Shown: positions 10,360 through 19,396 of the stretch, piece after piece | How the letters are laid out: the number at the start of each line of letters is the position of its first letter | How positions within the stretch are numbered: position 1 is the stretch's first letter | Source: Klebsiella pneumoniae | GTDB taxonomy: Bacteria; Pseudomonadota; Gammaproteobacteria; Eutrophobiales; Eutrophobiaceae | Direction: 5' to 3' | Length of the DNA stretch: 55,048 nt | NCBI GenBank assembly: GCA_945870865.1 | Contig: CAMBTO010000004.1 | Span: forward strand, 1 to 55,048 | Made by a program: the position numbers and the translations under genes | The notes under the pieces: model-generated | Told to the model about the DNA's origin: nothing | The model's database searches: none | The model's input: only the letters and a program-made list of their open reading frames with translations

Positions 10360-10596
10360 CTAGATGTCTACCGGAAACGGGACCGACAGGTCTTCGGAGA
10401 TGGTTTCGCTCGGCACAAACTGCTCGGCGGGCGGTGTGGATTTTCCCGCTGCCGGTTTTTCTGTTGCGGCGGGTTGCTGCTGCGCTGATGGTTCAGGATT
10501 GGCGGAGGTGGTAGGCGGCACCTGCTGGGCGATCACACCCGGTGGCGTCAGCATCAGTAATAACAGAATAAGACCTGATTTAATAAGTATACTCAT
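10360..10596 (-). CDS. Small secreted protein with P/Q/A-rich linker and C-terminal FVPSETISEDLSVPFPVDI motif
   Basis: Signal peptide (VIA-QQ); ATGA overlap with the upstream gene; fills an operon slot. Confidence 0.7.
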   Translation of the reverse strand: MSILIKSGLILLLLMLTPPGVIAQQVPPTTSANPEPSAQQQPAATEKPAAGKSTPPAEQFVPSETISEDLSVPFPVDI

Positions 10597-12686
10597 TCGA
10601 GATAACGTGCAATCCTGAAACCGACATCGTTACGTTTGTCCTTGCCATAATCACGAAACGACAGACGCAGTTCAGTGACCGAACCATGACTCCAGCTGGC
10701 ACCGCGGATCACATGGTGTTCGCCACTGTCCGCACCCAGCGAGTCCAGCGAGGTTGATCCTTCTTCTGCCATATTGATATCATAAAAGTCGTGCGTCCAT
10801 TCAGCCACATTTCCACCGATATCGTACAGCCCTTTCTGGTTCGGTGTAAAACTGGCTACCGGGGCGGTGACGATCGACCCGTCGGTATATTCCGCCTGGA
10901 TAATCGCGAGGATCGGGGCGGCAGACACATCGGCGTAGTTGCCCGATTTCGGTGCGGGTGGAAGCGCATCACCCCACGCAAACTTCAGGTTGATCGTATT
11001 GCCCTGATCGCGCGCTGCCCATTCCCACTCAGCCTCGGTAGGCAGACGATAACCGTTGGCGGCCGGGTTGAAACCGGTCACCTTGTTATCTTTCACCAGA
11101 TAGAACGGTGTTAACGTGGCCTTTTCGCTGAGCCAGTTGCAATACAGTGCCACCTGTTCCCATGTGATATTGACGACCGGTTGTTTGTCGCCGTTCAGAT
11201 CATGGCCCTGGACCTCGCTAGAGGTGTGCTGGCTGTCAAACTGACGAAACTCGGCATTGGTCACCTCGGTCAGTGACAGGTAAAACGGCCGTGTGAACTG
11301 CACATTGCGGATCGTTTCATTGGCGCGTCGTCCCGGTTCACGTCGCGAGGCGCCCATCGTAATGGCAACCGCCTCGAACAGTTTCAGCTTTTGTCCGCCT
11401 GGCGAGCTAATCTCGGTCCGGACGGCGTCCCGTTTAGCCTGTTCAATCGACTTCAAGCGTGCCGAGACTTGCTGCGCAATACCGGGCCGCGGTGTGATCG
11501 TCGTTTTGTAATCGAGATAACCGGCCTTGCGGATCTCGACCGTATGTGGCGTGGTTGACAGTTCCACGGTCTGATCGGCCAGCCCCTGTGGCTTGCCGTC
11601 GATATAGACCTCGGCATCGGCCGGATCGGCCAGGATACGTACCTCTGCGATTTCCTGTTGCAATTCGATGTTGAGTGTTCGGCTGTCACCGGACTTCGCA
11701 TTGATCTTCTGTACTGATTGTGCATAACCCTGACTGAACAGACGGATGGTTGCTGCCTTGCCGGGCGTCAACGCGATCTCCAGTGGTGAGATGCCCTTGT
11801 ATTCGCCGTCCACTGTCACACTGGCGCCTGCCGGCCGGGTATTGATCTGGACGACCGCATCGGCCTGTTCCAGCTGGATGGCGGTCAGTTGCTGAGCCTC
11901 TCCGGCGGTAACACGCACGGCCTTGCGCCAGTCCTTGTAACCGGCCAGCTTGATACGCAGGTTGTGTTCACCCTGCAGGATTTCTGCGGTCAGTGGGGTT
12001 TGTCCGGCGAGTTGATCATCCACATACACATCGGCACCGACGGGCAGTGTCTCCAGCCGGACATCGCCCCAGGCGGCCTTCAATTCAGCGGTCAGGGATT
12101 GTTGCTGGTCCTTGCCTTCGATCGTCACCGCCGTCTCGTAGGGCAGATAGCGATCGGCCAGCACCTCAATAGTGTAGGTTCCGGGTTCGAGCGGTGTGAG
12201 CGTGGTCGGTGTCTGTCCGCGGACAGTATTATCAATCCGGATTTCGGCGGCGATCACCGGGACGGTATCTATTTGCAGATGACCGGGTAAGGGGCGCAGC
12301 GTGTACGCATATTGCTGGTTTTGTTTCTCATTGACAGTCAGTATCTGGTGTAGAGGATGATAGCCCGGGGCAGTTGCCTGCAACTGGTAATCGCCCTCGC
12401 GCAACAGGAAACGGTCGGCCAGTTTTAACTGCCAGCCACCGCTGATTTCGATCTGTGCGTCAGCCGGGTCAGTGCTGAGATACACCGCCTTGCCGGTGAC
12501 GATATACCCGGCCAGTAGTGCACAGACCAGTAGCGCCGCCGAGATGAGCAGTGTACGCGGACGTGCGCGGAACAGTTTACGGCCGCGCTGTAGCTGGAAT
12601 GGTTCAAACCTGACCGGTTCTATCGTCGGGCCCGGGGTAAAACCGGCTGGCGTAAGCGGGAACTCACCTTCAGTTTGATCTTTCAT
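10593..12686 (-). CDS. Membrane-anchored PEGA-repeat protein with C-terminal FGE-sulfatase (SUMF1-like) domain
   Basis: One TM; repeated T.P.GA.V.VDG...G.TP units; FGE motifs TEVTNAEF, PVVNITW, YRLPTEAEWEWAAR, GLYDIGGNVAEW and VGFRIAR. Confidence 0.88.
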   Translation of the reverse strand: MKDQTEGEFPLTPAGFTPGPTIEPVRFEPFQLQRGRKLFRARPRTLLISAALLVCALLAGYIVTGKAVYLSTDPADAQIEISGGWQLKLADRFLLREGDYQLQATAPGYHPLHQILTVNEKQNQQYAYTLRPLPGHLQIDTVPVIAAEIRIDNTVRGQTPTTLTPLEPGTYTIEVLADRYLPYETAVTIEGKDQQQSLTAELKAAWGDVRLETLPVGADVYVDDQLAGQTPLTAEILQGEHNLRIKLAGYKDWRKAVRVTAGEAQQLTAIQLEQADAVVQINTRPAGASVTVDGEYKGISPLEIALTPGKAATIRLFSQGYAQSVQKINAKSGDSRTLNIELQQEIAEVRILADPADAEVYIDGKPQGLADQTVELSTTPHTVEIRKAGYLDYKTTITPRPGIAQQVSARLKSIEQAKRDAVRTEISSPGGQKLKLFEAVAITMGASRREPGRRANETIRNVQFTRPFYLSLTEVTNAEFRQFDSQHTSSEVQGHDLNGDKQPVVNITWEQVALYCNWLSEKATLTPFYLVKDNKVTGFNPAANGYRLPTEAEWEWAARDQGNTINLKFAWGDALPPAPKSGNYADVSAAPILAIIQAEYTDGSIVTAPVASFTPNQKGLYDIGGNVAEWTHDFYDINMAEEGSTSLDSLGADSGEHHVIRGASWSHGSVTELRLSFRDYGKDKRNDVGFRIARYLE

Positions 12687-12701
12687 TCAGGCGCCCACGT
12701 A

Positions 12702-14261
12702 CTACCTAGCAGCGATCTTTTCGACAGCAGAGATAACAACAACCTGTGCAGGCACCTCGGCAGTGACGGTAAACTCAACCCGCACATCACGGTATCCCGG
12801 ACGCGTACCCACAGCGGTATAGTTGCCCGGTACCAGCGCCATACTTTTTTCGCTGAACTTGCCAAGTGCACCGACCCTGACCAACGAGACCTCGGTCAGT
12901 GTGTCCGAGCGAAACAGGATATCGAGTGGAACCGTCGCAATGGCGAGCAGTTTTTCCACCTTTTGCAGCTGGACTGCCAGTCGTGGCTCTGCCGGGTTGA
13001 TTTGACGTGCCTGCTCAAATATCGAACTTGCTTCTGCATGCACCGCGGTATCAGCCAGGCGTTCCGGTTTGGCAATGATCTGTTCGAGCCTGGCATCCAG
13101 CTGGACACGGCTGCTTGCATACTGTTTACCTTCCTGCGCCTGGGCGAGATTCGTATCCAGTGCAAGTGCCTTGTCATAAGCGGCCACTGCCTCACCCCAT
13201 TTCTCTTGCGACTCCAGTGTCGTGGCAGTTTGCAGCAAGGTGGAGATTTCGTCATTGAGCAGGCGTGTATCAATTTGTGCAATCGCCGAGCCTGCCTCTG
13301 CGGCACCGGGTTTCATGCGTCTGGCTTGTTCAAATGTGGCTTTTGCCCGGGTCAGATCATTGTTCTGCAGATGTGCATAACCGGCAGACATCTGCCGGGT
13401 AAATTCCGCCTCACCCAGTCGGGCGTTGACAGCGGCCAGTTGTTGCTTCGCGGTCACCGATTGTTTGTCCAGCGCAAGTGCCTGTTCATAGACGGCCTTT
13501 GCCTGTTTGAGGTCGCCATTCAGTTGCAGATCATTGCCTTCGGTGATCAGCTTCAGCACCTGATCCAGCGATTGCGCACGCATCAGGCCTGCTTTGGCGG
13601 AGCTATCATCTGCTTTCATCACCAGCGCACGTTCAAATGCCTGGCGGGCGGCGATGGCATCTCCGTTATCAATGGCCGTGTTGCCCGCATCGACCGTTGC
13701 TGTAAAGAGAGTATCCATATTATCGAGCAGAGCCGACATGGCTTCCGCTGCATTGTTATAGAGTGTTGCCGAGGTGTTGAAATCCTGCGCCTGATAAGCG
13801 GAATCCCCGTCGGTCGCCAGTTTTAGTATGTTTGCATATTCGTCAGCGGCCCAGGCCTGTACATTTTTTTGTTCAAGCTGGTCCTGCAGTTCCAGCATAT
13901 GCGCCAACAACTCCTGGCTTTTGCTGCGTTGCCTCGCGAGCTGTGCGGTTTGCCAGGGCGCGGCCTCTTTCGGTGCCGTGCTGGCGGCTGTGGCCGTAGT
14001 GTTATTGTCAACACCGGCAGGCATGTCGGTCGCCGCTGTCAGTACCGGTGGCGTAACATACTGTGGCAGCACAATGATCACGCCAGCGGCAATAACGACC
14101 AGCGTGAACAGGGCCAGCCAGATCCATTGCATGGCGGAGGGGGCGGCACGGCCGGCCGGTTTGCCAGGTTCATTGGCCAGCGTGCGGGTCAGTACGATCT
14201 CGGCCGGTCTGATGGCGTTATCGCCGGCGCTGGTGCGTCCATTTTCAGTATTGTCAGTCAT
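12702..14261 (-). CDS. Membrane-anchored TPR-repeat protein with a C-terminal beta (PEGA-like) domain
   Basis: TM WIWLALFTLVVIAAGVIIVLP; repeated A..(F/Y)E.AL.(L/M) TPR helices; end LVPGNYTAVGTRPGYRDV. Confidence 0.75.
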   Translation of the reverse strand: MTDNTENGRTSAGDNAIRPAEIVLTRTLANEPGKPAGRAAPSAMQWIWLALFTLVVIAAGVIIVLPQYVTPPVLTAATDMPAGVDNNTTATAASTAPKEAAPWQTAQLARQRSKSQELLAHMLELQDQLEQKNVQAWAADEYANILKLATDGDSAYQAQDFNTSATLYNNAAEAMSALLDNMDTLFTATVDAGNTAIDNGDAIAARQAFERALVMKADDSSAKAGLMRAQSLDQVLKLITEGNDLQLNGDLKQAKAVYEQALALDKQSVTAKQQLAAVNARLGEAEFTRQMSAGYAHLQNNDLTRAKATFEQARRMKPGAAEAGSAIAQIDTRLLNDEISTLLQTATTLESQEKWGEAVAAYDKALALDTNLAQAQEGKQYASSRVQLDARLEQIIAKPERLADTAVHAEASSIFEQARQINPAEPRLAVQLQKVEKLLAIATVPLDILFRSDTLTEVSLVRVGALGKFSEKSMALVPGNYTAVGTRPGYRDVRVEFTVTAEVPAQVVVISAVEKIAAR

Positions 14262-14351
14262 TATGCAGTCAGTGTTGAATTAGTTTTACAGCGGGAACGG
14301 TGCGGGATAAACCGCTGTCTGGCGCTGTTCCGGATTCGGATTACCCGGAGG

Positions 14352-15563
14352 TCAGTCCGGATCTGCCGGTACCGTCCCGGGCGGTGTGACCTGCCCCGTC
14401 TCTGTCATATATATCTGTTTGAGAATGGCACGCCACTGATCATACTGCTGATTTACCGTACCGGACAGTGTCACCGTATTATTGTCGAGTTCTATCGTGC
14501 GTGGTTCCAGTTCTGCATTTAGCGAAGTGCCAAGCTCTTCCAGTGCCTGCACATGAATCTTTGCCTCTTCGCGTCGGTCGAGACCTTCCTTTACCAGATA
14601 GGCCCCTGCGCCTATACCAACGATACCGGCGGTATTAATCACTCTGCTGTTACTACCCTGGGCCAGGATGCCGCCGATGACCGCTACCGCGCCGCCAAGT
14701 AATTTTCCCGCTGCATCATTGCGTATTTGTCTGAGGGCAACAGTTTCTTCATAACTCATCCGGCGCCATTCACGGTAGGGTTGTTCCATGCTGGTTTCAA
14801 ACGAGGTGTAATAGTCCTGTAGTGTGTCCACGAACATATTGTCACGCTGGCGTATCTTGCGGATGCGTTCCAGTGTCGGGTCATTTTCGGCGGGCAGTCT
14901 TTTAACGGAGTAGATACCCCGGTTATTGGCCTCAATATGATCGTTAAACGCCTCCGGTGAAAACTGTCTGGCAAACTTCAGCTCGGTAATCGTATTGATA
15001 TTGGCGACATCGGCCGGTTTCAGCTTTTGCATGTAGGCAAGCAGGTCGTTGGCAATGTCGTTATATATTCCCTGGAACGGTTCTTCGCCCCGGCTGCGGA
15101 TACTGTTGTCGTAGGCATACTTGCTCGCCGTACTGTCATAGTCTTTTGCATACCAGGTCTTGCCGGTGGAATCCTGCACCCGGATCCGCAATCCCAGCTT
15201 TTCTCCATCTGACTTGAGGATCTGCCCATCGATCCAGATATCCATTTCACTCTGCCGCCCGGGTACCAGCCTGACCACACCCCAGTTACCGCTGTCTTGC
15301 AGCGTTTTGCCGATCTTCATCGGGAAGAACCGGGATTCGGCATTGCGCACCTGCAGATAGATACCTTCCTTCTCGGCCGTAGCAGGATCCGCTCCCGGAT
15401 TGAACAGATCGATACCCACATCGAGCAGGTCCTGCTCTGCAACGGGTGCGGTATTACGCACGATGGCGTTGTGTTGTGTCGACTTGACCGTGGTCGAGCT
15501 GCATCCTGTGAGCAGTGAGCTGATCATTAACAACAGGACAGCGAGTTTGTTACCGGTGTTCAT
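14352..15563 (-). CDS. Uncharacterised lipoprotein with glycine-zipper-like hairpin
   Basis: Lipobox LLTG-C; LLGGAVAVIGGILAQG...AGIVGIGAGAYLV followed by a helical segment. Confidence 0.75.
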   Translation of the reverse strand: MNTGNKLAVLLLMISSLLTGCSSTTVKSTQHNAIVRNTAPVAEQDLLDVGIDLFNPGADPATAEKEGIYLQVRNAESRFFPMKIGKTLQDSGNWGVVRLVPGRQSEMDIWIDGQILKSDGEKLGLRIRVQDSTGKTWYAKDYDSTASKYAYDNSIRSRGEEPFQGIYNDIANDLLAYMQKLKPADVANINTITELKFARQFSPEAFNDHIEANNRGIYSVKRLPAENDPTLERIRKIRQRDNMFVDTLQDYYTSFETSMEQPYREWRRMSYEETVALRQIRNDAAGKLLGGAVAVIGGILAQGSNSRVINTAGIVGIGAGAYLVKEGLDRREEAKIHVQALEELGTSLNAELEPRTIELDNNTVTLSGTVNQQYDQWRAILKQIYMTETGQVTPPGTVPADPD

Positions 15564-16768
15564 TTTTTTACCTGTACTCCTTGTTTGTACTTGCGGTATT
15601 CATCCCAGAGTTTTTCCCGGAGTGCCGGGTCTTTTTCCTGTATTGCTGCCTCGCGTAACTGGCGGGCGACAATATCATCATCCGTGCCATCAGAGATATC
15701 GGCCGGAATGTTTGGATTCCCCGCCCCCTGGTTCTTGTATTCACCCGGGCGATTATCAGACTGCGCATTGGGTAGTTGTCCTGCGGTCTGGTTATTGTTC
15801 GGGTCGCCTGCACCGTTACCGGCCGTCAGTAACGGCGGGGCCGAGCTGCCGCTGTCTCCACTGCTGCCATCACCACCGCCATTGCCGACTACAGTTTGGC
15901 CGGCACCTGTCTCATTTGTTCTGGCGATGGCCTCCTGGCGACGGCTGAGGATCACGCCATCAAACACGCCCATGCTGTTGTTCAGGTCCCGATCCAGCGT
16001 CTCCACCCGTTCCTGTCCGGTGACAACGGCCGGGCTACCATCGATGACAACGACCCGGCGTCCAGCTCCACCATTCGTTGTACCGCCACCTGCGCTTGTT
16101 GCTGTGCCGCCCGCGCTTGTGCCCTGACCCGTAGCACTACCTGTCCTGGCAGTGTTGGTGCCCGCCGGAGTACCCGTACCTTGCTGCCCGGAACTATTGT
16201 CACTGTTGCCTGTTCCGGTAGTACCACCGCTGCCCTGACGGGTACCGGATGCGGTGTTGTCCAGGACGCTTGGGGATTGTTGCGTGCCAGCATTGCCACT
16301 GGTGGAAGTGCCGGATTGTACTGATTTGTTAAATACCTCGATGGCGCCGGACAGCACCTCGTCCTCGGTCTGCACGCCACCGGTGGTCATACCTCCCTGT
16401 TGGGAGGAAGAACCTGTAGCCGCAGGGCTGCCTGTCCCCGTTGTTGTCGACCCGCTGTTTGCCTGGGTTGTCCCTGTCTTACCCTGACTCGACTGGCTGG
16501 TAGAGGGACTGCCCGCTTGGGATGATGATGGCTGCGGAAAATTGGCACCCATCGTCGGTTGCGAATTCCCGGTGCTGGAGGAAGTCGAGCTGGATGACGA
16601 TGGGCTGGAAGGTGATGAACTCGAGGACTGGCTGCCAGAGGACGAGGAACTGGACGACGAACTTGAGCTGGAGCTGCTGGATTGTTGCGATTCCGGCGTT
16701 TTACAGCCGGCGATCAGCGACAGCAGTGATGCAACAAGCAAAAGCCCTGAAATTGTTTTTATTGACAT
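15560..16768 (-). CDS. Ser/Gly/Thr-rich low-complexity lipoprotein with small helical C-terminal domain
   Basis: Lipobox LIAG-C; poly-Ser; C-terminal DDDIVARQLREAAIQEKDPALREKLWDEYRKYK; ATGA overlap with the next gene. Confidence 0.75.
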   Translation of the reverse strand: MSIKTISGLLLVASLLSLIAGCKTPESQQSSSSSSSSSSSSSSSGSQSSSSSPSSPSSSSSTSSSTGNSQPTMGANFPQPSSSQAGSPSTSQSSQGKTGTTQANSGSTTTGTGSPAATGSSSQQGGMTTGGVQTEDEVLSGAIEVFNKSVQSGTSTSGNAGTQQSPSVLDNTASGTRQGSGGTTGTGNSDNSSGQQGTGTPAGTNTARTGSATGQGTSAGGTATSAGGGTTNGGAGRRVVVIDGSPAVVTGQERVETLDRDLNNSMGVFDGVILSRRQEAIARTNETGAGQTVVGNGGGDGSSGDSGSSAPPLLTAGNGAGDPNNNQTAGQLPNAQSDNRPGEYKNQGAGNPNIPADISDGTDDDIVARQLREAAIQEKDPALREKLWDEYRKYKQGVQVKK

Positions 16769-16782
16769 AAGGTAACCCCGGA

Positions 16783-18309
16783 CTATTCCTGAAATGTATA
16801 CACCATTTTAACGTCTTCTGTGGCAATTGGTTGACCGTTTTCCAGACGCGGGCGAAAAGGAGTGATGTTTATCCTCTCCCTGGCCATGCGCCGGAGCCTG
16901 GAATCATCCTCCGGATTTGTCATTATAAACTCAAGATTGCGTACAATTCCGGATGAAGTTACATCAAATTGAACCACTACATAGGCGGTATCCTCCAGTT
17001 CTGCTGTCACCAGTTCCTGCAGGTCTATATCGGTTTTTTCTGACATGTCGATACCCTCAATCGCCCTGGATGGGTCTGTATCCAGTGAGGGGGTGGACAG
17101 ACTGGCAGCCATCATTCTGGGTACATTGAGCGCATCCAGCGAGATCGGCTTTCCAAACAGTTCATCAAGCTCAGTTGACTCTGCCCCTGCACCGGTCAGT
17201 AAGGTATAGGCCTCCTGGTAATAATGGGTAGAGGCATCACGCTTGCTGAAACGCTGGAACCAGTCACCTGTCTGTGTCAGTGCATAGGCATAGGACCGAC
17301 GTGTCAGGTCCGGATGTTTAACGTGGATATCCACTATCTTTTCCAGTGCCGCCCGACCACTGCGGTAGCTGTTCTGGATCAGACTGAGCGAGTCCTTTTC
17401 CACATCAAGCACACGCGCCAGGTAATCACCTCCGTAATTCTGCTGCAGAAAGGTACTACGAAACTCATCGTTGCTGCCGTTCTGGGTGAAGTTACTGGGT
17501 AATAGCAGCATCCCACTAGCACCGATGATCATGTCTATGCCTTCGATGTAGCCGTAAGGTTCTATCAATTTGAAATTGGCATTCACGATGCCATACAGTA
17601 GTCGTATCATGTCAGGATGGTCATCGCCCTTGACCAGTTTGATAATTTCCAGCGATTCGTTATAGAGGTTCGCCGCGACAACCAGATGTCCGAGTGACTC
17701 CGGCATCAGTGTCTTATTGAACGCATCCAGATGCCATTCAGCGATGCGGTCCAGCACGGGCAACATGCGCAGGTCATTCTCCGGGAAATTGCGTTTATAG
17801 ACCCAGAGCATGTAACTGTAATTGTTATTCAACTGGTTATAATCATTCAGCGCGGTATTCGCCTCGATCACACGTTCGAGTATCGGAATCTGCTCGAGAC
17901 TGTGCAGACCATGATTGACCCGGTTGATATGCAAGGCACGCTGATAGACTTTCAGTGCCTCGGCATGTTTTTCGGCATCACTGTAGGCCAGTCCGAGTCC
18001 AATCAGTTGCTCTACCAGGTCGTTGTTATAAGCGCCACTCTCACTTTCAAGATGCTGAACTTCACTGGCGTAAAGTTTTATGGTCTGCTCGATTTGTGGA
18101 TCTATTTCTGACGCGGGTGTATCGGCCACACTGGCCGGATCTGCCATATCGTCTCCGGATTCCGTTGCGGTTTCCCCGGACGATGGGGCGGGTTCATCAG
18201 TGGGGGATGTCAGCGGTGCCAGGTCTGTCTGTTGTGCGGTCACGATGAGCGGCGCGCCGGCAACCAGCGGCAGTAGAATCAGTAGTTGAAGCGGATACAG
18301 GTTTTTCAT
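16783..18309 (-). CDS. Exported TPR protein with C-terminal TonB-C-like domain
   Basis: Signal peptide from MKNLYPLQ; TPR-like helices; C-terminal YVVVQFDVTSSGIVRN...PFRPRLENGQPIATEDV is a TonB_C pattern. Track start 18345 is the alternative. Confidence 0.75.
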   Translation of the reverse strand: MKNLYPLQLLILLPLVAGAPLIVTAQQTDLAPLTSPTDEPAPSSGETATESGDDMADPASVADTPASEIDPQIEQTIKLYASEVQHLESESGAYNNDLVEQLIGLGLAYSDAEKHAEALKVYQRALHINRVNHGLHSLEQIPILERVIEANTALNDYNQLNNNYSYMLWVYKRNFPENDLRMLPVLDRIAEWHLDAFNKTLMPESLGHLVVAANLYNESLEIIKLVKGDDHPDMIRLLYGIVNANFKLIEPYGYIEGIDMIIGASGMLLLPSNFTQNGSNDEFRSTFLQQNYGGDYLARVLDVEKDSLSLIQNSYRSGRAALEKIVDIHVKHPDLTRRSYAYALTQTGDWFQRFSKRDASTHYYQEAYTLLTGAGAESTELDELFGKPISLDALNVPRMMAASLSTPSLDTDPSRAIEGIDMSEKTDIDLQELVTAELEDTAYVVVQFDVTSSGIVRNLEFIMTNPEDDSRLRRMARERINITPFRPRLENGQPIATEDVKMVYTFQE

Positions 18310-18599
18310 ACGCTCTGGATCGTCCTTTCCGGTATATAGCACCACAAAAAAATCAGCATTCCATCTTAACTAGGATAACGCGGCATTGGTACCTTTCAGT
18401 ATACTTTTTTTCGCACAAATTGTTACAGACTTAAATAGGAATTACGACTAAAAGTTGATAATGTAGGATACAGGTTAGGCACAAATTTGGTGCAGAAAAA
18501 AGTTGATAGTTTTTATGTAGTTAACAGATTCTGTTTTATGCTGTAGAGCAGGGTCTGCTGAGCAAACCAGCAGTGGAAATCTTACGATAGGAGATCGTC

Positions 18600-19322
18600 A
18601 TGGGTAGAATAGCACTGGTAACCGGTGGCACGCGTGGAATAGGTGAGGCAATATCACTGACTCTGAAACGGGCAGGTTTTTCTGTTGTTGCCAACTATCA
18701 CGGCAATGACGATGCGGCGAAAGATTTTCATCAGAAAACCGGTATCCCGGTCTACAAGTTTGATGTGGGTAATTTTCAGGATTGTCAGGCGGCGGTAAAG
18801 AAGATTGAGGCCGAGGTCGGTCCGATAGATGTGTTGATCAACAACGCCGGTATTACCCGCGATTCAACCATACACAAAATGTCCTATGAGCAGTGGAACG
18901 AGGTCATCCAGACCAACCTGACCTCCTGTTTCAACATGTGCCGTGCTGTGATCGACGGTATGCGCGAGCGAGTCTATGGTCGTATCGTCAATATTGGTTC
19001 TATTAATGGTCAGGCCGGTCAGTACGGTCAGGTCAATTATGCAGCGGCCAAGTCGGGTATCCATGGCTTTACCAAGGCGTTGGCACAGGAAGGCGCGGCC
19101 AAGGGTATTACCGTCAATGCGATTGCGCCGGGTTATATCGCAACGGAAATGGTACTTGCGGTGCCTCCGCATATCCTGGACAAGATCGTCGCCAAAATTC
19201 CGGTGGGTCGTCTGGGTGAGGCCTCCGAGATTGCGCGTGGCGTGGTTTTTCTGTCCAGCGATGATGCGGGATTTATTACCGGTTCTACGTTGAGTATTAA
19301 TGGCGGACAACATATGTATTGA
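18600..19322 (+). CDS. phbB: Acetoacetyl-CoA reductase (SDR)
   Basis: ALVTGGTRGIG, NNAGITRD, SINGQAGQYGQVNYAAAKSG and LSINGGQHMY. Confidence 0.9.
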   Translation: MGRIALVTGGTRGIGEAISLTLKRAGFSVVANYHGNDDAAKDFHQKTGIPVYKFDVGNFQDCQAAVKKIEAEVGPIDVLINNAGITRDSTIHKMSYEQWNEVIQTNLTSCFNMCRAVIDGMRERVYGRIVNIGSINGQAGQYGQVNYAAAKSGIHGFTKALAQEGAAKGITVNAIAPGYIATEMVLAVPPHILDKIVAKIPVGRLGEASEIARGVVFLSSDDAGFITGSTLSINGGQHMY

Positions 19323-19396
19323 TGTTACTCTGCTTAACGATCACAGACTCCCGATCAAGTCATTATCATGGCTCATGAATATAGAGAGGTGATGTT

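Noticed and set aside
12675-13826. 383-aa plus-strand ORF
   Set aside because: Antisense shadow of the TPR gene; Cys/Arg-rich non-protein-like composition
16522-16775. Acidic low-complexity plus-strand ORFs
   Set aside because: Mirror of the poly-Ser lipoprotein on the opposite strand
4806-18345. Calling the operon Tol-Pal, Ton, T6SS, T9SS or Agl-Glt
   Set aside because: Lacks TolB/Pal, a linked receptor, Tss core genes, SprA/PorV/GldLM and recognisable Glt OM barrels; similarities are at domain level only
18474-18496. Sigma54-like promoter GGCACAAATTTGGT upstream of phbB
   Set aside because: GG-N10 is followed by GT, not the required GC
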